Under the pieces are notes generated by a model. It was not told the origin of the DNA. It did no database searches and worked only from the letters and a program-made list of their open reading frames with translations. This document shows, piece by piece, positions 16,955 through 25,672 of a DNA stretch of 64,000 nucleotides. The position numbers and the translations under genes were made by a program. The first letter of the stretch is position 1. Each line of letters starts with the position of its first letter. Origin of the DNA: Vicinamibacteria bacterium (GTDB lineage: Bacteria > Acidobacteriota > Vicinamibacteria > Fen-336); NCBI GenBank assembly GCA_025994075.1, contig JAMQGV010000015.1:45091-109090 (forward strand), in the 5' to 3' direction.

Positions 16955-17634
16955 AGTTTCCGGACCTCCGCGAGCGCTCGCGCGAGCCCGAACTGCTCGA
17001 TCTCGGCGGGGTGCCCGAGGCCGAGGTCGAGGCATCGCTCGCGGACATCCGCTTCGTCAACACCTGGCTCGGCGGACACCGCACCTTCGAGCGACTGCTG
17101 CGCCCCTTGCTGCGCGCCGACGGTGCGATCTCGCTGCTCGACGTGGGCTGCGGCTCCGCCGACCTGCCCGCCCGGCTGCTGGAACGCCATGGGCAGCTTC
17201 GGGTCGTCGGCCTCGACCTCAAGCCCACGCACCTGCGCCACACGCCACCCCAGGTCCGCCGGGTCGCCGGCGACGTCTTCGCGCCGCCGTTCGCCGAGCG
17301 CTCCTTCGACGTCGTCGCCTGCTCGCTGTTCCTCCACCACCTCGACAGCGCCGACGTGTCCCGCGCCCTCGGGGGGCTGTGGCGGCTGGCGCGGCGGGCG
17401 CTCGTGGTCAACGACCTGCGGCGCGCCCAGGTGCCCCACGCCTTCGCCCGCCTCGTGTTCCCGCGGCTCTTCCGCTCCCCGGTCAGCGTGCACGACGGCC
17501 TGGTGTCGATCCGCCGCTCCTTCACGCCCCGCGAACTGCGCGCCGCCTTCGTCGATGCCGGGCTGCCGGAGCCCGAGGTGCGCCGCGTGTTCCCCTACCG
17601 CCTCGCGGCCCTCGCCGTGCGCCGCGAGCCGTGA
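16951..17634 (+). CDS. Class I SAM-dependent methyltransferase
   Basis: 227 aa. It carries LLDVGCGSADLP (motif I) and FDVVACSLFLHHL. The GTG start overlaps the PKS stop (GTGA). Confidence 0.8.
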   Translation: MKFPDLRERSREPELLDLGGVPEAEVEASLADIRFVNTWLGGHRTFERLLRPLLRADGAISLLDVGCGSADLPARLLERHGQLRVVGLDLKPTHLRHTPPQVRRVAGDVFAPPFAERSFDVVACSLFLHHLDSADVSRALGGLWRLARRALVVNDLRRAQVPHAFARLVFPRLFRSPVSVHDGLVSIRRSFTPRELRAAFVDAGLPEPEVRRVFPYRLAALAVRREP

Positions 17635-18836
17635 CCGCCGCGCGGGACGTGGTGGTCGTCGGCGGCGGCCCCGCCGGCACGGCGGCGTCGGTGTTCCTGC
17701 GCCAGCAGGGCTTCGACGTGCTCCTGCTCGACGCCGCGCGATTCCCGCGGGACAAGATCTGCGGCGAAGGCGTGTCGCCCGAGGCCTGGCGCCTGCTCGC
17801 CGCGATGGGGGCGCGCGACGACGTCGCCGGCCTCGGTCCGCACGCCCTGCGCGGGATGCGCGTCGTGGCGCCCGACGGCACCGCGTTCGAGGGCTCCTAT
17901 CGCCGGGGGGGCCAGGTGCTCTCGGGTTTCGCGCTCCGGCGCAGCCGGCTCGACACCACCCTGCTCGGCGTCGCGCGCCGCGTGGGAGTCGAGGTCCGCG
18001 AGGGCGCGCGCGTGGACGGCGTCGTCGAGTCCGCGGGCCACGTCGTCGGCGTGCGTCTCGAGAGCGGCGAGACCGTCCCGGCCCGCTGGGTGCTCGGGTG
18101 CGACGGGCGCTGGGGCGTCTCCGCGCGAGCCATGGGCGGGCTGCAGCCCGCGCGGCGGTTCCGGCGTTTCGCCCTGCGCATGCACCTGCACGGCGCCGCG
18201 GGGCTTTCGGACGTCGGCGAGATGCACGTCGGCCGCGGCGGCTACTGCGGCATCGCGCCGCTGCCGGGCGACGAGGCCAACGTCGCCTTCGTGCTCGACG
18301 CCTCCGCCTTCCGCCGCGCGGCAGGGCGGCTCGAGGCCTTCGCCCGCGAAACCCTGGAGCACCGCTTCCCCGCCGTTGCCGCCCGCACCCGCGAAACGCG
18401 CGCGAGCGGCCCCCCGCGGGCGATCGGGCCGCTGGCTGTTTCCGTGCGCCGCCGCGCCCGGCCCGGCCTGATGCTGCTGGGGGACGCGGCGGGCTTCCAC
18501 GATCCGTTCACGGGCGAAGGCGTGACGCTCGCCCTGCGCAGCGGCGAGATCGCCGCCGGCCCGGTCGGCGACGCGCTCCGCGGTCGCAGCTCTCCCCAGA
18601 CCGCGGCGGCGACCTACGAGGACGAGTACCGGCGGGCGACCCGCGACAAGTTCCGGCTCAACCGGCTGCTGCAGGCGGTCGTGGCGCTTCCGGCGCTGGC
18701 GAACGCCGTCGCACGCCGTCTGCGCGACCGCCCCCGGACCTGCGACGAGCTCGTCGGGATCGCCGGCGACTTCGTGCCCGCCCGCCGCGCGCTGGGTCCC
18801 CGCTTCGTGCTGGAGCTGCTGCGCCCGCCTCGCTGA
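17631..18836 (+). CDS. FAD-dependent oxidoreductase (geranylgeranyl-reductase / flavin monooxygenase-like)
   Basis: The GTG start overlaps the methyltransferase stop (GTGA). It has the N-terminal dinucleotide fold DVVVVGGGPAGTAASVFLRQQGFDVLLLD, then RDKICGEGVSPEA, and a later LLGDAAGFHDPFTGEGV motif. It is the C-terminal part of track ORF 16884..18836. Confidence 0.8.
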   Translation: MTAARDVVVVGGGPAGTAASVFLRQQGFDVLLLDAARFPRDKICGEGVSPEAWRLLAAMGARDDVAGLGPHALRGMRVVAPDGTAFEGSYRRGGQVLSGFALRRSRLDTTLLGVARRVGVEVREGARVDGVVESAGHVVGVRLESGETVPARWVLGCDGRWGVSARAMGGLQPARRFRRFALRMHLHGAAGLSDVGEMHVGRGGYCGIAPLPGDEANVAFVLDASAFRRAAGRLEAFARETLEHRFPAVAARTRETRASGPPRAIGPLAVSVRRRARPGLMLLGDAAGFHDPFTGEGVTLALRSGEIAAGPVGDALRGRSSPQTAAATYEDEYRRATRDKFRLNRLLQAVVALPALANAVARRLRDRPRTCDELVGIAGDFVPARRALGPRFVLELLRPPR

Positions 18837-18865
18837 AACGGTCGGCCCGGGCTTCGCCCGTGGGC

Positions 18866-18871
18866 TAGAAT
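18866..18871 (+). promoter_or_regulatory. Candidate -10 hexamer TAGAAT upstream of the E1 gene
   Basis: It is the only AT-rich hexamer in the 71-nt gap and lies 36 nt upstream of the GTG at 18908. A GGAGGGA Shine-Dalgarno sequence follows it. I recognised no convincing -35. Confidence 0.2.
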
Positions 18872-18907
18872 CGGGTTTTCATCGCAGTTCCCCGGAGGGA
18901 AGACCGC

Positions 18908-21022
18908 GTGGCCACGACCGCCCTGAGCCAGGAGACCGGACTCGACCGCCAGACCCTGGTGGGCCTGTACCGGACGATGTACCTCTCGCGCCGGATCGAC
19001 GACAAGGAGATCCAGCTCAAGCGCCAGAACAGGATCTTCTTCCAGATCTCGGGCGCCGGGCACGAGGCGGTGCTGGCGGCGGCGGGCCTGCTGCTGAAGC
19101 CCGGCCACGACTGGTTCTTCGGCTACTACCGGGACCGCGCGCTGATGCTGGCGCTGGGCATGACGCCGATCGAGATGCTGATGTCGGCCACCGGCGCCGC
19201 CGCCGACCCGAACTCGGGCGGGCGCCAGATGCCCTCTCACTGGGGCCACGCCGCGCTCAACGTCGTCACCAAGTCGTCTCCCACGGGCACCCAGTTCCTG
19301 CAGGCGGTCGGCTGCGCCGAGGCCGGGATCTACGCGGCGGCGCAGGACGGCGCGGGCACGAAGCTCGGCGTGCCGTTCCGGTCGGACGAGGTCGTCTACG
19401 TCTCGACCGGCGACGGCACCACCTCCGAGGGCGAGTTCTGGGAGAGCCTGAACACCGCGTGCAACCGCAAGCTCCCGGTCCTCTACATGGTCGAGGACAA
19501 CGGCTACGCGATCTCGGTGCCGGTCGAGGTCCAGACCGCCGGCGGCAGCATCTCGAAGCTGGTCGCCTCGTTCCCGAACCTGCTGGTGCGCGAGACGGAC
19601 GGCTGCGATCCGCTGGCCAGCCTCGCGACCCTGCGCGAGGCCGTCGCCTGGTGCCGCGAGCGGCGCGGGCCGGCCCTGGTCCACGCAAAGGTGATCCGGC
19701 CCTACTCGCACTCGCTCTCCGACGACGAGGCCCTGTACCGGCCCGCCGAGGAGCGGCAGGCCGAGGCCAACCGCGACCCGCTGGCGACCTTCCCCGCCTT
19801 CCTGCTGCGCGAGGGCCTCGCCAGCGAGTCGGAACTCGATGCCTTGCGCGCCGAGGTCGACCGGCTCGTCAACGAGGCCGCCGACCAGGCCTGCGCGGCG
19901 CCGCAACCCGAGCCCTCCTCGGCGCTGCTCCACGTCTACTCGCCCGAGGTCGACCCGACGTCCGCCGAGTTCTCGACCGAGCCCGCGTTCGCCGGCGACC
20001 CCAAGACGGTCGTCGACCTGCTCAACGCCTGCCTGCACGACGAGATGGCCCGCGACCCGCGGATCGTCGTCTTCGGCCAGGACGTCGCCGACTGCAGCCG
20101 CGAGGAGAGCCTGGCCCAGGTCAAGGGCAAGGGCGGCGTCTTCAAGGTCACCCACAACCTGCAGCGCCGGTTCGGCGGCGAGCGGGTGTTCAACTCCCCG
20201 CTGGCCGAGGCCAACATCGTCGGCCGCGCGATCGGCATGGCGGTGCGCGGCCTCAAGCCGGTGGTCGAGATCCAGTTCTTCGACTACATCTGGCCCGCGT
20301 ACATGCAGATGCGCAACGAGCTGGCGCTGATCCGCTGGCGCTCGAACGGGGCCTTCAAGTGCCCCGCCGTCGTGCGCGTGACCTATGGCGGATACCTGCA
20401 GGGCGGCGCCGTCTATCACAGCCAGTGCGGCGAGGTGCTGTTCACCCACGTCCCCGGCCTGCGGGTGGTGCTGCCGTCGAACGCCGAAGACGCGAACGGC
20501 CTGCTGCGCACGGCGATCCGCTGCGACGACCCGGTGCTCTTCCTCGAGCACAAGCACCTGTACCGCCAGACCTACAACAAGGGCCGCAACCCCGGGCCGG
20601 ACTACTGCATCCCGTTCGGCAAGGCGCGTACGGTGCGCCCCGGGCGCGACTTGACGATCGTGACCTTCGGCGCTCTCGTCCAGCGCAGCGTCGTGGCCGC
20701 GAAGCAGGTCGCGGAGCAGGACGGCATCGAGGCCGAGGTGATCGACCTGCGCACGCTCTCGCCCTACGACTGGGACGCGATCGCGGAGAGCGTGAAGCGC
20801 ACCGGCAAGGTGATCGTCGCCCAGGAGGACCAGCTCTCCTGGGGCTACACCGCCGAGATCGCGGCCCGCATCGCCGACGAGCTGTTCGAGTGGCTGGACG
20901 CCCCGGTCAAGCGCATCGGCGCGACCGACACCTTCGTCGGCTACGCGCCTTCACTCGAGGACTTCATCCTGCCCCAGGTCCCCGGCATCGCCGCCGAGAT
21001 CCGCAAGCTCGCGAAGTACTAG
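18908..21022 (+). CDS. Fused alpha/beta E1 component of a thiamine-diphosphate-dependent 2-oxoacid dehydrogenase
   Basis: 704 aa. The N-terminal half is E1-alpha-like ([14 protein letters not shown], the TPP motif [15 protein letters not shown]). The C-terminal half is E1-beta-like ([45 protein letters not shown]). Confidence 0.85.
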   Translation: MATTALSQETGLDRQTLVGLYRTMYLSRRIDDKEIQLKRQNRIFFQISGAGHEAVLAAAGLLLKPGHDWFFGYYRDRALMLALGMTPIEMLMSATGAAADPNSGGRQMPSHWGHAALNVVTKSSPTGTQFLQAVGCAEAGIYAAAQDGAGTKLGVPFRSDEVVYVSTGDGTTSEGEFWESLNTACNRKLPVLYMVEDNGYAISVPVEVQTAGGSISKLVASFPNLLVRETDGCDPLASLATLREAVAWCRERRGPALVHAKVIRPYSHSLSDDEALYRPAEERQAEANRDPLATFPAFLLREGLASESELDALRAEVDRLVNEAADQACAAPQPEPSSALLHVYSPEVDPTSAEFSTEPAFAGDPKTVVDLLNACLHDEMARDPRIVVFGQDVADCSREESLAQVKGKGGVFKVTHNLQRRFGGERVFNSPLAEANIVGRAIGMAVRGLKPVVEIQFFDYIWPAYMQMRNELALIRWRSNGAFKCPAVVRVTYGGYLQGGAVYHSQCGEVLFTHVPGLRVVLPSNAEDANGLLRTAIRCDDPVLFLEHKHLYRQTYNKGRNPGPDYCIPFGKARTVRPGRDLTIVTFGALVQRSVVAAKQVAEQDGIEAEVIDLRTLSPYDWDAIAESVKRTGKVIVAQEDQLSWGYTAEIAARIADELFEWLDAPVKRIGATDTFVGYAPSLEDFILPQVPGIAAEIRKLAKY

Positions 21023-21390
21023 GGCCTCGACGTGCCGGCGCGGCCGTAGCGGTCTTCGAGGCGGACCACGTCGTCGAGTTCCGGGGTGGAGACCTCGAGG
21101 ATGTCGGTGTCCTCGAGGCCCGTCATCCGGTGAAGCGTGCCGGGCGTGATGTGGTAGCTGTCGCCGGGCGTCATCTCGATGCGGCGCAGATCGCCCGGCT
21201 CGTCCTTGCCCTTGACCTCGAACAGCAGCTTCCCGCTCTGGATCAGGATCGTCTCGTCCTTCACGTTGTGGTACTGGAGGGAGAGGCTCTCGCCCTTCTT
21301 CACGTGCAGGAGCTTCCCCACGTAGCGCTCGGTGCGCGCCCACCAGATCTCGTGGCCCCAGGGCTTGTCGACCCGCTTGTGCTCGGTCAA
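21019..21390 (-). CDS. Cupin-domain protein (type II phosphomannose-isomerase-like small cupin)
   Basis: 123 aa. It contains [10 protein letters not shown] and [18 protein letters not shown]. Its stop shares the tetranucleotide CTAG with the convergent E1 stop. Confidence 0.7.
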   Translation of the reverse strand: MTEHKRVDKPWGHEIWWARTERYVGKLLHVKKGESLSLQYHNVKDETILIQSGKLLFEVKGKDEPGDLRRIEMTPGDSYHITPGTLHRMTGLEDTDILEVSTPELDDVVRLEDRYGRAGTSRP

Positions 21391-21393
21391 GTG

Positions 21394-23133
21394 TCAGGAC
21401 TCCCCGGCGTCGGCCGCAGCCAGCGCCTCGTGCAGTTCCGCTCTCAGGTGCGCCTCGATCTCGGCCGCCGACGAAAGCCGCATGGCCCGCAACACCGCCT
21501 CGCGGGCGTGCCCGAGATCCGCGGCCCGCAGCACCTGCTTGATGCGCGGGATCGCCGTCGGGCTCATCGAGAGCTCGCGGGCGCCGAGGCCCGCCAGCAC
21601 CAGGGATTGTAGCGGGTCGCCCGCCATCTCCCCGCACACGCCGACCGGGCGGCCGGCCGCCCCCGCCTGCTCGAACGCGCCGGCCAACACCGACAGCACA
21701 GCGGGGTCCAGCGGTTCGTAGAGTGCCGCCACCCGCGGGTCCGCCCGGTCCACCGCCAGGAGGTACTGGATCAGGTCGTTGGTGCCGACGCTGAAGAAAT
21801 CCGCCTCGGGCGCCAGTTGCGCCAGCGTCAGCGCAGCGCTGGGGATCTCGACCATCATCCCGACCGGCACCTCGACCGCGTGGCCGTGCCCCTCGAGGGC
21901 CAGGTCGCGGGCCGTCGCGGCGAGAAAGGCCCGTGCCTCCCGCAGGTCGCTGGCGCCCCGCAGGAACGGGAACAGCACCCGCAACGGGCCGTGCGCCGCG
22001 GCCCGCAGCAGCGCGCGGAGCTGGGTGCGGAAGGCGTCCGGCGCGCGGCCGAGCAGGCGCAAGGCTCGCGGGCCCAGCGCCGGGTTCGGGCTCGACGGCC
22101 CCGCCGGCACGATGTCCTCCGGCCCCAGGTCCCAGACGCGCACCGTGACGGGGTGCGGAGCCATCTGGTCCAGAAGGCGGCAGTACAGCTCGTACTGTCG
22201 CTCCTCGTCCAGGCTGCCGCGCCCGAGCAGGTACTCGCTGCGGAACAGGCCGATGCCCTCGGCCCCGTACTGCACGGCCGTCGCGGCCTCCTCCGCGAAC
22301 TCGGCGTTGGCCAGCAGCCGCACCCGCACCCCGTCGCGCGAGGCCGCCGGCTCCGTCCGCGTGGCCTGCAGGCTGAGCTCGCGTCGCTGCTCCCGCTCGC
22401 GCAACGCGCGGAAGCCGGCCAGCACGGGTTCCGAGGGCTCGACCACGAGCCGGCCCTGGGTGCCGTCGAGGACGACGAGCGCGCCCGGCGGCACGCGGCC
22501 GGTGGCGTCGCGCAGGCCGGCCACCGCGGGAATCCCGCGCGAGCGCGCCAGGATCGCCGTGTGGTAGGTGCGGGACCCGCCGTCGAGCGCGATGCCGATC
22601 ACCTTCGCCCAGTCGAGCTCCGCCGCCTCGGACGGCGTGAGGTCGTGGGCCACCAGCACCACGGGCCCCGGCAGCCGCGCCAGGCTCGGCCCGTCCGCGG
22701 CCCCGACGAGGTTCAGCAGCACCCGGCCCAGCACGTCGTCGAGGTCGCTGCTGCGCTCCTTCAGGTACTCGTCGGTGAAGCCGTCGAACAGCGCGTGGAG
22801 CTGCTCCGAGACCTGCCGCAGCGCCCACTCCGCGTTGACGTGCTCCTGGCGCACGATCTGGGCGGCGCGATCGCGCAGCAGCGGGTCCTCCAGCATCAGG
22901 AGCTGGGCGTCGAAGATGTACGCGTGCAGCGCGCCCACTTCGCGCGAGAGGCGGGACTTGATCGCCTCGAGCTGGCGGCGCGAGGCGGCCACCGCGCGCA
23001 GCAGGCGCTGGACCTCGCGCTCGGTGGCGTCGGGCGGCAGCAGCAGCCGGAACACGGGCACGCGCTCGCGCTCCATCACCAGCGCCTGGCCGACGGCGAT
23101 CCCCGGGGAGACGCCGTTCCCGAGCAGTTCCAC
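21394..23133 (-). CDS. ptsI: Phosphoenolpyruvate-protein phosphotransferase (PTS Enzyme I)
   Basis: 579 aa. It has the active-site region GGSRTYHTAILARSRGIPAV and the C-terminal PEP-utilising domain motifs (GLFRSEYL, FFSVGTNDLIQY). Confidence 0.9.
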   Translation of the reverse strand: MELLGNGVSPGIAVGQALVMERERVPVFRLLLPPDATEREVQRLLRAVAASRRQLEAIKSRLSREVGALHAYIFDAQLLMLEDPLLRDRAAQIVRQEHVNAEWALRQVSEQLHALFDGFTDEYLKERSSDLDDVLGRVLLNLVGAADGPSLARLPGPVVLVAHDLTPSEAAELDWAKVIGIALDGGSRTYHTAILARSRGIPAVAGLRDATGRVPPGALVVLDGTQGRLVVEPSEPVLAGFRALREREQRRELSLQATRTEPAASRDGVRVRLLANAEFAEEAATAVQYGAEGIGLFRSEYLLGRGSLDEERQYELYCRLLDQMAPHPVTVRVWDLGPEDIVPAGPSSPNPALGPRALRLLGRAPDAFRTQLRALLRAAAHGPLRVLFPFLRGASDLREARAFLAATARDLALEGHGHAVEVPVGMMVEIPSAALTLAQLAPEADFFSVGTNDLIQYLLAVDRADPRVAALYEPLDPAVLSVLAGAFEQAGAAGRPVGVCGEMAGDPLQSLVLAGLGARELSMSPTAIPRIKQVLRAADLGHAREAVLRAMRLSSAAEIEAHLRAELHEALAAADAGES

Positions 23134-23136
23134 GGC

Positions 23137-23406
23137 CTAGCTGCCCTCGCCGAAACCGCTCTCGACGAGGGTCACCAGCGCGTCCGCCGCGGCCTGCTCG
23201 TCGTCGCCGTCGGTCTCGATCCGCAGCATCGTGCCCCGCGAGGCCGCCAGCAGCAGGATGCCTAGGATCGACTTGCCGTCCATGGTGCGACCGTCGCGGC
23301 TGACCCGGACCCGGCTGTGGAACGCGCAGGCCTTGTGCACGAAGCGCGCGGCGGCCCGCGCGTGCAGCCCCAGCCGGTTGGGGATCTTCACCTCGCGCGA
23401 GATCAC
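23137..23406 (-). CDS. ptsH: Phosphocarrier protein HPr
   Basis: 89 aa. Both the His15 region (NRLGLHARAAA) and the regulatory Ser46 region (GKSILGIL) are present. Confidence 0.9.
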   Translation of the reverse strand: MISREVKIPNRLGLHARAAARFVHKACAFHSRVRVSRDGRTMDGKSILGILLLAASRGTMLRIETDGDDEQAAADALVTLVESGFGEGS

Positions 23407-23801
23407 GGCTTGCGCGGCTCCAGCAGTTCCGAGGCCACGTGGATCGCCGCCTGGCCGTACTCGCGGATCACCCGCGCCACGTCCTTCAGCTCGCCGTCCC
23501 GCACGGACGAGAGCTTGATCAGCATCGGCAGGTTGACGCCGGTGACGATCTCGACGCTGGGCCCCAGCGAGGGCAGCGCCAGGTTGGTCGGCGTGCCGCC
23601 GAACATGTCCGTCAGCACCAGGGCCCCCTCGGCGCCCACGTCGGCGATCGCCCTCTCCACGGCCTCGCGGGCCGCCACCGGGTCGTCGCTCCAGCCGATC
23701 GAGACGGCGGCCGAGCGCGGCAGTTCGCCGACGATCTGGGCGGCCGCCGCCACCAGCTCCGAGGCCAGCCCGCCGTGGGTGACGACGACGACGCCGATCA
23801 C
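23403..23801 (-). CDS. PTS EIIA component, mannose/fructose family
   Basis: The GTG start at 23801 overlaps the rapZ stop (GTGA). It begins VIGVVVVTHGGLASEL (phospho-His near the N-terminus) and carries DMFGGTP. It is the C-terminal part of track ORF 23403..23909. Confidence 0.8.
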   Translation of the reverse strand: MIGVVVVTHGGLASELVAAAAQIVGELPRSAAVSIGWSDDPVAAREAVERAIADVGAEGALVLTDMFGGTPTNLALPSLGPSVEIVTGVNLPMLIKLSSVRDGELKDVARVIREYGQAAIHVASELLEPRKP

Positions 23802-24685
23802 TGCTGCCTCGCGTCCCGGTGGCGGACCTGGACGTGGAAGCGGCGGCGTCGCAGCGCCTCGCCCACGCGAAGAGCCAGCATCACCGAGCGGTGGCGCCCG
23901 CCCGTGCACCCGATCGCGATCGTCACGTAGCTCCTCCCTTCCTTCTGGTGCCGCGGCAGCACGAAGCCGAGCAGCGAGAGCACGCGGCGCAGGAAGCGGG
24001 CGGTGTCGGGCTGGGCGTCGAGATAGCGCTGTACCGCCGGCGCCTCGCCCGTCTGCGGCCGCAGCCGCGGCACGAAGTTGGGGTTCGGCAGGAAGCGCGC
24101 GTCGAACACCAGGTCGGCCTCCGCGGGCACGCCGTACTTGTAGCCGAACGAGGTGACCGTCACCGTCATCGGCGCCTCGGCGCTGCGCGCCCCGAACCGC
24201 TCGCGTACCCAGGCCCGCAGGTCGTGGACCGTGAACGCCGAGGTGTCGACGATGCGATCCGCGCTCTTGCGGATCGGCCGCAGCGCCTCGCGCTCCTGGC
24301 GGAGCGCCTCGACCACCGGCTCGTCGACCGCCAGCGGGTGGGGCCGGCGCGTCTCGCTGAAGCGGCGCACCAGCGTCTTCTCGTCCGCCTCCAGGAACAG
24401 CAGCTCGACCGGCAGCCGCCGCTGGCGCAGGCCGCGCAGCGCCAGCGGGAACTGGCGCGTGAACCCGGGCTCGCGCAGGTCCACGACCAGGGCCGCACGG
24501 CGCAGGCTCGGGGTGTCGCGAATCAGCTCGGCGAAGCGCGGGATCAGCGCCGTGGGCAGGTTGTCGACGCAGAAGAAGCCGAGGTCCTCGAGCGCCCGCA
24601 GCACGTGGGTCTTGCCCGACCCGGACAGGCCCGTGACGATCACCAGCCGGTCGCCGTCGCGCCGACCGGCCGCGCGGGCCTTCAA
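23798..24685 (-). CDS. rapZ: RNase adapter / nucleotide-binding protein RapZ (YvcJ family)
   Basis: It has the Walker A motif VIVTGLSGSGKT, FCVDNLP, and the C-terminal CTGGRHRS motif. The TTG at 24685 overlaps the hprK stop (TTGA). An alternative GTG start lies at 24643. Confidence 0.88.
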   Translation of the reverse strand: MKARAAGRRDGDRLVIVTGLSGSGKTHVLRALEDLGFFCVDNLPTALIPRFAELIRDTPSLRRAALVVDLREPGFTRQFPLALRGLRQRRLPVELLFLEADEKTLVRRFSETRRPHPLAVDEPVVEALRQEREALRPIRKSADRIVDTSAFTVHDLRAWVRERFGARSAEAPMTVTVTSFGYKYGVPAEADLVFDARFLPNPNFVPRLRPQTGEAPAVQRYLDAQPDTARFLRRVLSLLGFVLPRHQKEGRSYVTIAIGCTGGRHRSVMLALRVGEALRRRRFHVQVRHRDARQQ

Positions 24686-25671
24686 CGCCGCCCCCGCGCG
24701 CTGGTGGCCCGCGCCTTGCCCGCCCCGGCCGCGATCATCGTCTCCAGCCGGTGGGCGAAGCGCTGCGCCCCGTCCAGGCCGCGCTCCTTCAGCAGGTGGT
24801 TGCGGGCGGCCACCTCGATCAGGATCGCGAGGCTGCGCCCGGGCGCCACCGGCATCCGCAGCCGCGGCACCTCGACGCCTAGCACCTCGACCCGCTCCTG
24901 CTGCAGGCCCAGCCGGTCGTACTCCTTGCCCGGCTCCCAGCGCTCGAGGTCGACGACCAGCTCCACCCGCTGCCGCACCCGCAGCGAGGAGACGCCGTAG
25001 AGGTCGCGGATGTTGATCACGCCCAGGCCGCGCAGCTCCATGTGGTCGCGCAGCAGCAGCGGCGCGGTCGCCACCAGCCCTTCGCCGATGCGCTTGACCT
25101 CCACGACGTCGTCGGCGACCAGGCGGTGGCCGCGGTCGACCAGGTCGAGCGCGCACTCCGACTTGCCGATCCCGCTCTCGCCCGCGATCAGCACGCCGAG
25201 GCCGAACACGTCGACCAGGACCCCGTGGAGCTGGGCGCTGCGCGCCAGCTCCTCGTCGAGCCAGCCGGTCAGCCGCTTGATGAACGGGGTCGATTCGAGC
25301 GGCGTGCCGAGCAGCGGAACGCCGCGCCGCTCGGCGGCCTGGCGCAGCTCGGGCGGCGGCGGCAGGCCGCGGGTCACCACGAAGCAGGTGACGTCGCAGG
25401 CCGCCAGCCGCGCCAGCAGCGACCGGCGACGGCGCGCCGGGAGGGTGGCGAGGTAGCCCGATTCCGAGGCGCCCAGGATCTGGACCCGGCCGTAGCGCAG
25501 GTAGTCGAAGTAGCCGGTCAAGGCGAGACCCGGCCGCTGCACGCGCGACTGCTCGATCGCGCGGTCGAGCCCGCGGCGGCCGGCGAGCAGCTTGAGCTTC
25601 AGCTCGCCGCGCCGCTCGCGCAGCAGGCGCCGGACGGTGAGCGCCGGCCCCGCCGCGGCCTGCCGCGCCAA
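24682..25671 (-). CDS. hprK: HPr kinase/phosphorylase (full-length type)
   Basis: 329 aa. It has the P-loop GESGIGKSECALDL and LVADDVVEV. The TTG start lies 1 nt after the rpoN stop. Confidence 0.9.
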   Translation of the reverse strand: MARQAAAGPALTVRRLLRERRGELKLKLLAGRRGLDRAIEQSRVQRPGLALTGYFDYLRYGRVQILGASESGYLATLPARRRRSLLARLAACDVTCFVVTRGLPPPPELRQAAERRGVPLLGTPLESTPFIKRLTGWLDEELARSAQLHGVLVDVFGLGVLIAGESGIGKSECALDLVDRGHRLVADDVVEVKRIGEGLVATAPLLLRDHMELRGLGVINIRDLYGVSSLRVRQRVELVVDLERWEPGKEYDRLGLQQERVEVLGVEVPRLRMPVAPGRSLAILIEVAARNHLLKERGLDGAQRFAHRLETMIAAGAGKARATSARGRR

Positions 25672-25672
25672 G

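Noticed and set aside
15760-17035. ORFs 15760..16887 (plus) and 15860..17035 (minus) over the type III PKS
   Set aside because: They are Arg/Pro/Gly-rich with no motifs. The PKS frame contains the full Cys-His-Asn triad.
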